A stretch of DNA of 64,000 nucleotides from an uncultured Pelagibacteraceae bacterium (GTDB lineage: Bacteria > Pseudomonadota > Alphaproteobacteria > Pelagibacterales > Pelagibacteraceae). The translations under genes and the position numbers were made by a program. The stretch is from assembly GCA_902554315.1 (NCBI GenBank), contig CACDOF010000001.1:19894-83893 (forward strand), in the 5' to 3' direction. The first letter of the stretch is position 1; each line of letters starts with the position of its first letter. The notes below the pieces were generated by a model, which was given only the letters and a program-made list of their open reading frames with translations, made no database searches and was not told the origin of the DNA. Positions 29,192-39,520 of this stretch are shown piece by piece.

Positions 29192-30039
29192 AAATTAAAC
29201 CTCTTCAGATAGTTGCTCATATCATTCTTATATTGGGAGTCTTATTAATGGTTGTTCCAATCTGGATATCTTTTGCTAGTTCTTCACATGAATCGGTAAC
29301 GATACTTACCGAAGGTATGAAGTTTCATTTAGGAGATCAACTTACAAGGAACTATAATGAAGTTTTAAATGAGAAAGGTGGTTGGTCAGAAGAAGTTACA
29401 GCTGCAAAAATGTTTATTAATAGTTTTATAATGGCATTAGGAATTGCAACTCTTAAAGTGGTTATTTCTGCAATGTCTGCATATGCTTTAGTTTATTTCA
29501 GATTTAAATTAGCAGTGCCAATTTTTTGGGTAATTTTTATTACTTTACTTGTACCTTTGGAGGTAAGAATTTTTCCTAGCTATAAGATTGTATCAGATTT
29601 AGGTTTAACAAACTCTTATACAGGTCTTATTCTTCCACTGGTTGCATCTGCAACAGCAACATTTTTCTTTAGACAATTTTATAAGACAATCCCAGACGAA
29701 CTTTTGGAGTCAGCAAAGTTAGATGGTGCCAATAGTTGGAGATTTTTCATAGATTTTTTAGTTCCATTATCTAAAACTATGATTGCAGCAATGTTTATAT
29801 TTATGTTTGTGTATGGGTATAGCCAATATCTATGGCCATTAATCATGACTACAGCCGAAGAATACTGGACTGTAGTTATGGGAATGAAAATTATATACAC
29901 AGAAAGCTATGAAGGTGTTGCTCTTCCAAGAACAGCAGAGAGATTTGCTTATATTATTTTATCAATGATACCTCCAGTTTTAGTGGTGGTATTTTTACAA
30001 AAATGGTTCATAAAAGGACTAATTCAAACGGAGAAATAA
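29188..30039 (+). CDS. ugpE: Glycerol-3-phosphate ABC permease UgpE, copy 2
   Basis: PLEVRIFPSY, ASATATFFFRQFY, QYLWPL, QKWFIKGLIQTEK. Confidence 0.88.
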   Translation: MKIKPLQIVAHIILILGVLLMVVPIWISFASSSHESVTILTEGMKFHLGDQLTRNYNEVLNEKGGWSEEVTAAKMFINSFIMALGIATLKVVISAMSAYALVYFRFKLAVPIFWVIFITLLVPLEVRIFPSYKIVSDLGLTNSYTGLILPLVASATATFFFRQFYKTIPDELLESAKLDGANSWRFFIDFLVPLSKTMIAAMFIFMFVYGYSQYLWPLIMTTAEEYWTVVMGMKIIYTESYEGVALPRTAERFAYIILSMIPPVLVVVFLQKWFIKGLIQTEK

Positions 30040-31092
30040 ATGAGTTTTTTAGAATTAAATAAAGTTACCAAGGTATATCCAAACGGAACAAAAGCTGTTC
30101 ATGAGACAAGTATGAATGTTGAGGATGGTGAATTTATGGTTTTTGTTGGTCCAAGTGGATGTGGAAAGTCAACATTATTAAGAATGATTGCAGGATTAGA
30201 AGATATAACCGAAGGAGATATAAATCTTGATGGAAAATTAATAAATAAAGTTGACCCTTCAGAAAGGGATGTTGCAATGGTTTTCCAAAACTATGCGCTT
30301 TATCCTCACATGAATGTTTATAACAATCTTGCATATGGATTAAAAAACAGAGGTATTGATAAAAAATCTATTGAACAAAAAGTAAATGATGCGGCAAAAC
30401 TTTTACAGATTTCTGAATTCTTGCAAAGAAAGCCATCAATGTTATCTGGTGGACAAAGACAGCGAGTTGCAATGGGAAGAGCAATAGTGAGAAATCCTAA
30501 AATATTTTTATTTGATGAGCCATTGTCTAATTTAGATGCAAAACTAAGAATACAAATGAGACTTGAAATTAAAAAACTTCAACAAAAAGTTGGGGTTACT
30601 AGTATTTTTGTAACTCATGACCAAGTAGAAGCTATGACTTTAGCTGATAGATTAGCAGTAATTAATAATGGTATAATAGAACAACTAGGTACTCCTATTG
30701 AAATTTATAACAATCCTAAATCGTTATTTGTTGCAGGATTTATTGGATCGCCCCAAATGAATTTTATTGATGGAGAATTAAAAAACAAAACTTTATTTGC
30801 TGAAGGTTTTGAAATTAAAAATGTTCAAAGTGATTTCAACGGTGAAATTACATTGGGTATAAGGCCTGAACACATGTCACAATCTGATAATGGTTTGATA
30901 AATTTATCTGTAGATTTAGTTGAACAATTAGGATCTGATAATCTTATTTATGGTGAATTAAAAAATAAAAAAGATTTTTGTTATAGATGTCCTGGAAATC
31001 AAGTAGTTGAAAAAGGTAGTAAATTATCACTAAATATCAATGACAATAATTATTATGTTTTTGATAAAAGTAGCGGTAACAGAGTTAATTAA
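30040..31092 (+). CDS. ugpC: Glycerol-3-phosphate ABC ATPase UgpC
   Basis: GPSGCGKS, LSGGQRQRVAMGRAIVR, NLAYGLKNRG. Confidence 0.92.
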   Translation: MSFLELNKVTKVYPNGTKAVHETSMNVEDGEFMVFVGPSGCGKSTLLRMIAGLEDITEGDINLDGKLINKVDPSERDVAMVFQNYALYPHMNVYNNLAYGLKNRGIDKKSIEQKVNDAAKLLQISEFLQRKPSMLSGGQRQRVAMGRAIVRNPKIFLFDEPLSNLDAKLRIQMRLEIKKLQQKVGVTSIFVTHDQVEAMTLADRLAVINNGIIEQLGTPIEIYNNPKSLFVAGFIGSPQMNFIDGELKNKTLFAEGFEIKNVQSDFNGEITLGIRPEHMSQSDNGLINLSVDLVEQLGSDNLIYGELKNKKDFCYRCPGNQVVEKGSKLSLNINDNNYYVFDKSSGNRVN

Positions 31093-31094
31093 AT

Positions 31095-32018
31095 TTGATT
31101 TTATCTAAACCAAATCATATTAAAATTTATGGTCATCGGGGAGCTAGAGGCGATCTTCCTGAGAATACTTTAGAAAGTTTTAAATATCTTTTTGAAAATA
31201 ATATAAGTGCTTTTGAAACGGATATTTTAATCTCTGAGGATTTAGTTCCAGTCATAACCCATGACTTTCGTTTAGATATTAGCATGACAAAAGATGCTAA
31301 TGGTGACTGGATAAATAATGAAAATATTAAAATTTATGATTTAACATATGATGAAATTCAAAATTATGATGTTGGTTCTATAAATAAATTATCAAAGTAT
31401 GGTAGGAGATTTTTAAATCAAAAAAACCTTCCCGATCAAAGAATACCAAAATTAAGCGAAATTTTTGATTTAATAAATTCAATAAATATAAAAGATTTAA
31501 TTTTAAATTTGGAAGTAAAGTCAACTCCAGTTGAGGATGATTTGACGCCACCCCCAGATGAAATGGTTAAAATTATTATGAGTGATATTGAAAAATCTAA
31601 TCTAACTAAAAATATTCTAGTATCATCATTTGACTGGAGAATATTAAAAGAATTCAAAATACAAGCTCCAGAATTGACAAGGGGTTATTTATCTTACCAA
31701 CAAAACTCGGGAGTTAAAATTTCAAACACGATATATAAAAATTCTCCCTGGATGGATTTAGCTCTTTCATTTAATGAATTTGAATTACCACATCTAATTA
31801 AAGATCTAGGGGGAAAAGCATGGTGTCCTTTTTATAAAGATATTCAAAAAAAAGATATTGAGGAGGCACACAATCAAGGCTTAGTAGTAAATGTTTGGAC
31901 TGTAAACAAAGAAAACGACATGATGAGGATGATTGAATATGGAGTTGATGGAATAATTACAGACTATCCTTTAAAGTTAAAAGAGCTCTGTGAGAGAAAA
32001 AATATAAATTGGTTCTAG
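31095..32018 (+). CDS. ugpQ: Glycerophosphodiester phosphodiesterase
   Basis: GHRGARGDLPENT, ETD, THD, NLEVK, WTVN, GVDGIITDYP. Confidence 0.9.
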   Translation: MILSKPNHIKIYGHRGARGDLPENTLESFKYLFENNISAFETDILISEDLVPVITHDFRLDISMTKDANGDWINNENIKIYDLTYDEIQNYDVGSINKLSKYGRRFLNQKNLPDQRIPKLSEIFDLINSINIKDLILNLEVKSTPVEDDLTPPPDEMVKIIMSDIEKSNLTKNILVSSFDWRILKEFKIQAPELTRGYLSYQQNSGVKISNTIYKNSPWMDLALSFNEFELPHLIKDLGGKAWCPFYKDIQKKDIEEAHNQGLVVNVWTVNKENDMMRMIEYGVDGIITDYPLKLKELCERKNINWF

Positions 32019-32028
32019 TTTATTTTTA

Positions 32029-32733
32029 ATGGATATAAATATAATCAATAATGAAGAAAAATTTTTATCAGGAAATTTCGAAGGTTATGATTTAAGAGGC
32101 GCAGAGAATAAGTTTGATATAGAAGGAAATCCTTTGCCTTCTCCAGGATGTACAATCGTTTGTGACATTCCATCAAACAGCGATCTATCAAATGAGATAA
32201 CTAATTTTCAAACAAGATTAAAAGATTTTAATCCCGAAAAGTCTTATGTTTATTTGCCACCTACAAGTTTTCATATGACTTTGTTTGACTGTTGTAATTT
32301 TAATACAAAAAACACAAAATATTGGCCAGAAAATATTGATAAAAATTTAAATTACAACCAAATAGCAATAGAATTAAATAAAAGAATAAAAAATTTTGTT
32401 TTTCCGAGAGAGTTAAATATGAAATTAAAAATATTTTATGGCGGCTATAGTATTGTTCTAGAGCCCTTTTCAGCAAAAGATGAAAAAATCCTTAGGGAAT
32501 GCAGAGACGAATTGAGTAAATTATTAAGAATTAAATTTGAAAATCATGAAAGATATACTTTTCATATTACATTAGCGTATATTTTAAGAGAATTAGCACA
32601 AGCTGAAATTAAAAAATTATTAGAATTTAACAAAAATTTATTTATAGAATTTAATAAAAAATTTCCCAAAATTGTTTTAAGCAAACCTGAAATGTGTACT
32701 TTTGAAAATATGTTGGCTTTTAAAAAAATTTAA
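32029..32733 (+). CDS. 2H phosphoesterase (DUF1868-like)
   Basis: KFDIEGNPL..PGCTIVC plus two HxT motifs (SFHMTL, FHITLAY). Confidence 0.75.
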   Translation: MDINIINNEEKFLSGNFEGYDLRGAENKFDIEGNPLPSPGCTIVCDIPSNSDLSNEITNFQTRLKDFNPEKSYVYLPPTSFHMTLFDCCNFNTKNTKYWPENIDKNLNYNQIAIELNKRIKNFVFPRELNMKLKIFYGGYSIVLEPFSAKDEKILRECRDELSKLLRIKFENHERYTFHITLAYILRELAQAEIKKLLEFNKNLFIEFNKKFPKIVLSKPEMCTFENMLAFKKI

Positions 32734-32736
32734 TAT

Positions 32737-34167
32737 TTAGTTCCAACCCGTAATAGCTTTAACTTCTAAAAATTCGTTAAAACCCCAAACTCCACCTTCT
32801 CGACCATTTCCAGATTGTTTATATCCACCAAAAGGTGCACCGGTATCGGTTCCTTGACCATTAATGTAAACTGTTCCAGCTCTAACTTTACGTGCAACTC
32901 TTTTTGCTTTTTCTTTGTCCTCAGTTTGTAAATAATTTCCTAGTCCATAAGATGTGTCATTTACTATTTTAATAGCCTCATCTTCAGTTTCAAATGGTAT
33001 AATAGAAAGAACTGGTCCAAATATTTCTTCTCTTGCAATTCTCATATCATTATTAACATCTGTGAAAATTGTGGGTTTAACAAAATATCCCTTGTTTAAA
33101 CCATTTGGTAAATCTGGTCCTCCTGCAGCTAATGTTGCTCCTTCTTTTATTCCAGCATTTATAAGATTTATTACTTTGTCATACTGAACTTTTGAAACTA
33201 AAGGTCCTATGTGATCTCCTTTTTTTGAAGCTAAATCTACTTTAATTTTATTTGCTTCATCAACAGCTTCCTTGACAGCTCTTTCATAAATTGATTTTTC
33301 AACAAGCATTCTGGTTGGAGCATCACAAGATTGTCCTGAATTACTCATTATATTTTTCACTCCATCTCTTACTGCATCTGGATAAGAATCTGCAAAAACT
33401 ATGTTTCCACCTTTTCCACCTAATTCAAGAGTGACTTTTTTAATTGTGTCAGCTGCATTCTTTTGAATTAATTTTCCAGCTCTTGTCGAACCAGTAAATG
33501 AAACCATGTCTATATCAGGATGTCCTGAGATGTGATTTCCAACAACTTCTCCGTTTCCATTTACTAAGTTAAAAACTCCTGGAGGAAAACCAGCTTCATC
33601 AATCATTTCAGCAAATAAAACTCCTGATACAGGAGCAATTTCAGAAGGTTTTAATATCATTGTACAACCTGCAGCTAAAGCAGGAATAACTTTTAATACG
33701 ATTTGGTTCATTGGAAAATTCCACGGCGTTATTAATCCACACACTCCAATTGGCTCATATCTTATCTGATTATTGGACTTAGGGTCAAACTGATGTTCAA
33801 AATTAAAATCTTTTAATATTTCTATTGTATTTTTCGAAATATCAGCACCCATTTTTGTGTGAGTTTCTGAGGCAAAATCAAGAGGAGCACCCATTTCAGT
33901 TGATTGAGCTTTAACCATTTCATCCCATCTTCTATTATAAATTTCATCAAATTTTTCTAATAACTTTAATCTTTCTTCTTTCGTAGTTTCTCTCCAACTT
34001 TCAAAAGCTATTTTAGCAGCGTTGATTGCTTTGTCGGCATCCTCTTTAGATCCAAGAGAAATTATCGCAAAAGATTCTTCAGTTGATGGGTCAATTACTT
34101 CAAAGTCATTTGGTTTTGTAGGAGAAACCCATTTACCGTTTATATAAAAATTTTTTTTCTCAATCAT
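32737..34167 (-). CDS. Aldehyde dehydrogenase
   Basis: ITPWNFP, FTGSTRAG, LELGGKG, GQSC, EEIFGPV. Confidence 0.93.
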   Translation of the reverse strand: MIEKKNFYINGKWVSPTKPNDFEVIDPSTEESFAIISLGSKEDADKAINAAKIAFESWRETTKEERLKLLEKFDEIYNRRWDEMVKAQSTEMGAPLDFASETHTKMGADISKNTIEILKDFNFEHQFDPKSNNQIRYEPIGVCGLITPWNFPMNQIVLKVIPALAAGCTMILKPSEIAPVSGVLFAEMIDEAGFPPGVFNLVNGNGEVVGNHISGHPDIDMVSFTGSTRAGKLIQKNAADTIKKVTLELGGKGGNIVFADSYPDAVRDGVKNIMSNSGQSCDAPTRMLVEKSIYERAVKEAVDEANKIKVDLASKKGDHIGPLVSKVQYDKVINLINAGIKEGATLAAGGPDLPNGLNKGYFVKPTIFTDVNNDMRIAREEIFGPVLSIIPFETEDEAIKIVNDTSYGLGNYLQTEDKEKAKRVARKVRAGTVYINGQGTDTGAPFGGYKQSGNGREGGVWGFNEFLEVKAITGWN

Positions 34168-34173
34168 AAAAAT

Positions 34174-34182
34174 ATTGTAACA
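34174..34182 (-). promoter_or_regulatory. Extended -10 element (TGtTACAAT) 6 nt before the ALDH start; probable leaderless promoter
   Basis: Minus strand TGTTACAAT-attttt-ATG with no SD. Confidence 0.5.
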
Positions 34183-34188
34183 TATTAT

Positions 34189-35130
34189 TTAAATTTCATA
34201 ACCTTTTTCTTCAGGTTCATTATCAGTTAATTCTTCTGGGAAACCATCGGCCCTAAATTCTATATTATTCAAATCTTCCATTCTTTTAACTATCATTGAA
34301 GACCAGGCTCTCGAACCATATTTTTTCTCTCCATCTTTAAAAATATCTACAATCATCGGAGAAATTTCTAAAGATGAATTAAGTTTCTTGGCTATTTCAT
34401 TAAAAATTCCAGTGTCTTTTAAAACAAGATCCATTGTAAAATTTATATTATATGATCCATTTAAAATTACCTGACTTTCAGTTTCATGAACAAAAGAATT
34501 TCCAGAAGATGCAGCTATTCCTTTATAAGCTTTAGATAAATCAAGTTTTGATTTTTTTGCTACTGTCCAAGCTTCCCCTAATGCTACTAAATGAACTGAT
34601 GCTAGATAATTTGTTATAACTTTTAATATTGATGCAGAACCAAGTTCTCCGGTATGTAATATTTTTCTTCCCATAATGGTAAGCACAGGTAATATTTTTT
34701 CAAAAATCTTTCTTTCTCCTCCAACAAAAATTGCTATATTTCCTGTTGAAGCCCTATGACACCCTCCACTAACTGGCCCATCTAAAGGAATTGCTTTTTT
34801 TTCTATTACTTTTTTTCCTAGTCTTTTAACTTCTGCCTCATCAGTTGTACTCATCTCCAACCAAATTTTATTTTCTGAAAGACCGTTTATTATCCCATTT
34901 TCACTTTCCATGACCTCTGCGCATATTTCAGGAGAAGGAAGACAAGTAATGATAAGATCAACTTGTTTTGCTAATTCTTTAGGAGAATTTGCTACTTTAG
35001 CACCTAACTTTTCAAATTTATTAGTTAAATTTTTCTCTAAATCTCTTACAGTTAAATCAAATTTATTTCTCAACAAACTACCTGCCAATTTTCCACCAAC
35101 ATTTCCAAGCCCTATAAAACCAATTTTCAT
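34189..35130 (-). CDS. NAD(P)-dependent beta-hydroxyacid dehydrogenase (3-hydroxyisobutyrate dehydrogenase family)
   Basis: GFIGLGNVG, EMSTT, DGPVSGG, KVITNYL; SD AAGGAG. Confidence 0.88.
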   Translation of the reverse strand: MKIGFIGLGNVGGKLAGSLLRNKFDLTVRDLEKNLTNKFEKLGAKVANSPKELAKQVDLIITCLPSPEICAEVMESENGIINGLSENKIWLEMSTTDEAEVKRLGKKVIEKKAIPLDGPVSGGCHRASTGNIAIFVGGERKIFEKILPVLTIMGRKILHTGELGSASILKVITNYLASVHLVALGEAWTVAKKSKLDLSKAYKGIAASSGNSFVHETESQVILNGSYNINFTMDLVLKDTGIFNEIAKKLNSSLEISPMIVDIFKDGEKKYGSRAWSSMIVKRMEDLNNIEFRADGFPEELTDNEPEEKGYEI

Positions 35131-35189
35131 TATAATCTCCTTAATTTTGATGATTATTCAAAAACGAATGATATATTTGTTTTTAAAAA

Positions 35190-35936
35190 ATGCACTCTGT
35201 AAAAATAGAACCTAAATACATTACAAAATCAAATCCAAGAATTGGTCTAATTGCTTTAGCAAGTGATTTTATGATTGAAAAAGACTTCATAAATGTAATT
35301 AAAAACAAAGATATAGATTTTTTTGTTAATAGAATTGAATGTTACAACCCTTTGACAAAGGAAAATTTGATTAAAATGTCAGAAAAAGTAACAGAAGTAA
35401 CTAACGATATACTACCAGATCAAAACATAGATTGTGTTGTATATGCTTGCACTTCTGGAACAATTGCTGCCGGATATGAATCTATTGAGAGAAAAGTTAA
35501 ACTGGCAAAACCTGAGGCAAAAGTAACAACACCTAGTACTGCCGCTATAAAAGCCCTAAAAAAATTTGATATAAAAAAATTATGTATTTTCACTCCATAC
35601 AGTAAAGAATTAAATGATGAAGTTGTTGAACATTTTAAAAATCAAGGTTACGATATTACCTCTAATTCATATTTCGATATTCAATCAGATTATGATATTG
35701 GAAAAGTAGATCAAAATTATTTGTACGATGTCTTATCTGAAATTGATTTGAAAGATGCAGATGCTCTTTTCATTTCATGCACGGCTTTACCTGCTTTACC
35801 TATAATAGAAAAACTAGAAAAAAGATTAAATAAAATTGTTTTATCTAGTAACCAAGCTTTAATATGGGATACTTTAGAACGAATTGGAAAAAATGATTCA
35901 ATTGCAGGTTTCGGAAAATTATTTAAATCAAATTAA
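35190..35936 (+). CDS. eutA: Maleate cis-trans isomerase/Asp-Glu racemase family, EutA-like
   Basis: RIGLIALASD, YACTSG, FTPY, FISCTALP, SSNQAL; directly upstream of doeA. Confidence 0.7.
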   Translation: MHSVKIEPKYITKSNPRIGLIALASDFMIEKDFINVIKNKDIDFFVNRIECYNPLTKENLIKMSEKVTEVTNDILPDQNIDCVVYACTSGTIAAGYESIERKVKLAKPEAKVTTPSTAAIKALKKFDIKKLCIFTPYSKELNDEVVEHFKNQGYDITSNSYFDIQSDYDIGKVDQNYLYDVLSEIDLKDADALFISCTALPALPIIEKLEKRLNKIVLSSNQALIWDTLERIGKNDSIAGFGKLFKSN

Positions 35937-35938
35937 TT

Positions 35939-37108
35939 ATGCTTTTCAATAAAGAAGAATACAAACAAAGATTAAAAAAAGTTAAGTCAATGATGCAAGA
36001 AAAGGGCATTGAGTTGCTAATTTCTCATGACACAAACAATATGAATTATTTAACAGGATATGATGCTTGGTCTTTTTATTATGCTCAGTGTGCAATAGTT
36101 CATGTAAATTCTGATGAACCTCTTTGTTTTGTAAGAGCGCAGGATGCTGGAGGAGCTTACATAAAAACATACTTAAGAAATGATAATATAATTGTATATG
36201 ATGAGAATTATATTCATACTTGGCCAAAACACCCTTACGATTATTTAGTTGAAATTATCAAAGAAAGAAAATGGGATAAGTTATCAATTGGGCTAGAAAT
36301 GGATGCTCATTATTTTACAGCTTTTTGTTATGAAAAAATAAAACAAGGTTTACCCAATGCAAAAATTAAAGATTCAGAAAGACTAGTTAATTGGGCAAGA
36401 TTGGTAAAATCTGATGAAGAAATCCAATTTATGAAATCAGCAGCTATAATTTCTGAAAAAGGAATGAAGACTGCAATGGAAGTTATTAATCCAGGTGTAA
36501 GACAGTGTGATGCCGTTGGAGAAATTCAAAAATCTTTGTTTTATGGAACAGAAGAGTACGGCGGTGAATATTCAAGTATTGCAACACTGCTTCCAACAGG
36601 AAAAGGGACTTCTGCTTCCCACTTAACAGCTACTCAAGACAAATTTGTAAGTGGAGAGGCAACAATAATTGAACTTTCTGGTGTTTATAAAAGATATCAT
36701 GCGCCAATGGCTAGGACGATATTACTAGGAAAACCAGATCAAAAAAAAATTGATACAATGAACAAAACTATTGAAGCTCTTCAAGCAGGAATAGATGCAA
36801 CAAAACCAGGCAATACTGCAAATGATGTAGCACAGGCATTTTGGAAAATATTAGACAAATATGGAATAGAAAAAAAATCTAGAACAGGATACTCCATAGG
36901 AATTGGTTACCCTCCAGACTGGGGAGAGCATACTTTAAATATTTACAAAGGTGATATGACCAATCTAGAGAAAAATGTGTGTTTTCATATGATAGCGGTC
37001 ATGCAATTTGGTGATTGGGGGGTAGAAGCTTCAGAAGCAATACGAGTTACTGATAATGGATGTGAATTATTCTGTAATTATCCAAAAGAACTATATATTA
37101 AAAGCTAA
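35939..37108 (+). CDS. doeA: Ectoine hydrolase DoeA/EutD (M24 fold)
   Basis: NMNYLTGYDAWSFY, GLEMDAHYF, VNWARLVKS, RTGYSIGIGYPPDWGEHT. Confidence 0.85.
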   Translation: MLFNKEEYKQRLKKVKSMMQEKGIELLISHDTNNMNYLTGYDAWSFYYAQCAIVHVNSDEPLCFVRAQDAGGAYIKTYLRNDNIIVYDENYIHTWPKHPYDYLVEIIKERKWDKLSIGLEMDAHYFTAFCYEKIKQGLPNAKIKDSERLVNWARLVKSDEEIQFMKSAAIISEKGMKTAMEVINPGVRQCDAVGEIQKSLFYGTEEYGGEYSSIATLLPTGKGTSASHLTATQDKFVSGEATIIELSGVYKRYHAPMARTILLGKPDQKKIDTMNKTIEALQAGIDATKPGNTANDVAQAFWKILDKYGIEKKSRTGYSIGIGYPPDWGEHTLNIYKGDMTNLEKNVCFHMIAVMQFGDWGVEASEAIRVTDNGCELFCNYPKELYIKS

Positions 37109-37152
37109 TTAACTATTGCAAATAATTTAAACAAATGTTTTAAAAACCTTTT

Positions 37153-38238
37153 ATGTCTAAAAAAAATGCATTCGTAAAATTTGAAAAAGTAGATAAGAGT
37201 TATGATGGAAAACTCTTAGTTGTAAAAGATCTTAATCTCGATATAGCCGAAGGTGAGTTTATCACTATGTTGGGGCCATCTGGTTCTGGAAAAACAACTT
37301 GTTTAATGATGCTTGCAGGATTTGAAACACCAACTAATGGAGAAATTTTTTTAGATTCAAATCCGATTTCAAATATTCCTCCTCATAAAAGAGGTATAGG
37401 AATGGTATTTCAAAACTATGCTTTATTTCCACATATGACTGTTTATGAAAACTTAGCTTTTCCATTAAAGGTAAGAAAAATTTCAAAAGATGACATAGAT
37501 AAAAAAGTTGATAAAGCTTTAAGTATGGTTTCTTTGTCAGGCTTTGAAAATAGAATGCCAGGACAATTATCGGGAGGACAACAACAAAGGGTAGCCGTAG
37601 CAAGAGCATTAGTGTTTGATCCTGCTGTAGTTCTAATGGATGAACCCCTTGGAGCGTTAGATAAAAATTTAAGAGAAAGCATGCAATATGAAATTAAACA
37701 CATCCACGAAAGTATTGGAGTAACAGTTGTCTATGTAACTCATGACCAAAGTGAAGCTTTAACAATGTCAAATCGTATTGCAGTATTTAATGATGGTAAA
37801 GTTCAACAACTTTCAAGCCCCGATAAATTATATGAAGAACCAGAAAACTCATTTGTTGCAGAATTTATTGGAGAGAATAATAGATTTGATGGAGAAGTCT
37901 TAGATGTGTCTAATGGTGTTTGTAAGGTAAAAATAGGACAGAGTGAAATATTAGCAAATCCAATTTCAGTAAAATCTAAAGGTGAAAAAACAAAAGTGTC
38001 TATTAGACCAGAAAGAGCCTTAATTAATCCAAAAGATAAAATGGATAATAATCAAAAAGGCAAAATTGAAGAAGTAATTTACCACGGAGATCACACAAGG
38101 GTTAGAATAAATTTACTTGGAAATTCTGACTTTATATTAAAGGTTCCTAACAGTTCGCAAAATTTAGATATAAAACTTGGCAACGATATAAGTATAGGCT
38201 GGAATAGCCAAGATGCTAGAGCTTTAGACCCTAAATAG
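37153..38238 (+). CDS. PotA-type ABC ATPase
   Basis: GPSGSGKTT, LSGGQQQR, MDEPLGALDKNLRE, C-terminal TOBE domain. Confidence 0.92.
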   Translation: MSKKNAFVKFEKVDKSYDGKLLVVKDLNLDIAEGEFITMLGPSGSGKTTCLMMLAGFETPTNGEIFLDSNPISNIPPHKRGIGMVFQNYALFPHMTVYENLAFPLKVRKISKDDIDKKVDKALSMVSLSGFENRMPGQLSGGQQQRVAVARALVFDPAVVLMDEPLGALDKNLRESMQYEIKHIHESIGVTVVYVTHDQSEALTMSNRIAVFNDGKVQQLSSPDKLYEEPENSFVAEFIGENNRFDGEVLDVSNGVCKVKIGQSEILANPISVKSKGEKTKVSIRPERALINPKDKMDNNQKGKIEEVIYHGDHTRVRINLLGNSDFILKVPNSSQNLDIKLGNDISIGWNSQDARALDPK

Positions 38239-38274
38239 CTTCGATAATTATAATAGTTTTATTAAAATCAGCTG

Positions 38275-38303
38275 TTGACTCTCTATTCCTATGTTGCTGT
38301 AAT
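38275..38303 (+). promoter_or_regulatory. Candidate internal sigma70 promoter for the SBP gene
   Basis: TTGACT-17 nt-TGTAAT upstream of the SD GGAGG. Confidence 0.45.
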
Positions 38304-38338
38304 CCCGTTTTTATAAAAAACGTTTAAACGGAGGATAA

Positions 38339-39454
38339 ATGAGAAAATTAAGTAAATTATTACTTACTCTAACTTTTGCTCTTTCAATAACTTCATCTGC
38401 ATTTGCAGTTACTGTTGCATCTTGGGGTGGAGCTTATACAGAGTCACAAAAGTTAGGATACGGTGATCCTACTGCCAAAGCTTTAGGCATTGAAATTAAC
38501 TGGGTAGATTACTCAGGTGGATTATCAGAAATTAAAGCACAACAAGAAGCAGGTGCTGTTAACTGGGACATTATGGACGTTTTCGCAATGGACACTATTA
38601 CTGGATGCGACGAAGGTATATTTGTTGAATTTGATTTTGACAAAGACTTCCCACCAGCTCCAGATGGAACTCCAGCAAGTGAAGACTTCTTTACTAGCAT
38701 GCCTTCTAAATGTGCTGTAGGAAATATTTTGTATTCTTGGAACTATGCTTACAATAGCGAAAATTTAGCAAATAGCCCTAAGACTATAAAAGATTTCTTT
38801 AATACAAAAAGATTTCCTGGAAAAAGAGCTATCTACAAGAGTGCTTTGACGAATTTAGAAATCGCTTTAGCTGCTGACGGTGTAAAAATGGGTAAAGGTG
38901 GAGATTTTCTTTACAAAAAATTAGAAGCCGACGGTGGTGTTGATAGAGCAATAGCTAAAATTAAAAAACTTTGCACAGATCCTAATGGAGGATGTGTATT
39001 TTGGTCTGCAGGTGCTCAACCACCAGAATTGTTAATGAGCGGTGAAGTTGTAATGGCTACTGGTTGGAATGGTAGATTCTTTAATGCTACAATTGGTGAA
39101 GGTGCTCCTATTGTTCAAGTTTGGGACGGACAAGGTCTTGACTATGAATATTTTGCACTTGTAAAAGGTGGTCCAGATGAAGCAAATGCTAAAAAAGCAC
39201 TTGCCATGATGACTAACACTGAGATGTTAGCAGGAAGTGCTAAGTATATTGCTTACGCTCCTTGGAGAAAATCTTCAATTGCAGTTATGGAAGCAGGAGA
39301 GCCTTGGTATAAAGATGGTAAAACTAACATGGTACCTCATATGCCTACAGCTCCAGCTAACTTAAAAAAATACTTCTTAGTTAACGCAGATTTTTGGGCT
39401 GATAACAGTGCTGAGATCGGTGAAAAATGGGAAGCTATGAAAGCAGGACTATAA
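38339..39454 (+). CDS. PotD-family ABC substrate-binding protein (polyamine/osmolyte)
   Basis: Signal peptide, VASWGGAYTESQ, FPGKRA, WNGRFF, WDGQ. Confidence 0.88.
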   Translation: MRKLSKLLLTLTFALSITSSAFAVTVASWGGAYTESQKLGYGDPTAKALGIEINWVDYSGGLSEIKAQQEAGAVNWDIMDVFAMDTITGCDEGIFVEFDFDKDFPPAPDGTPASEDFFTSMPSKCAVGNILYSWNYAYNSENLANSPKTIKDFFNTKRFPGKRAIYKSALTNLEIALAADGVKMGKGGDFLYKKLEADGGVDRAIAKIKKLCTDPNGGCVFWSAGAQPPELLMSGEVVMATGWNGRFFNATIGEGAPIVQVWDGQGLDYEYFALVKGGPDEANAKKALAMMTNTEMLAGSAKYIAYAPWRKSSIAVMEAGEPWYKDGKTNMVPHMPTAPANLKKYFLVNADFWADNSAEIGEKWEAMKAGL

Positions 39455-39490
39455 TTTAAGTTTTAAAGACTAAAATTATATATTATATTT

Positions 39491-39520
39491 AGGGCGGTTA
39501 TTTTTAACCGCCCTTTTTTT
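39491..39520 (+). terminator. Terminator-like hairpin between the SBP and permease genes
   Basis: AGGGCGGTTA-T-rich loop-TAACCGCCCT-TTTTTT directly before the permease ATG. Confidence 0.85.

Noticed and set aside
35190-35936. Alma-type DMSP lyase (same racemase superfamily)
   Set aside because: The motifs and tight coupling to doeA fit EutA/maleate isomerase better.
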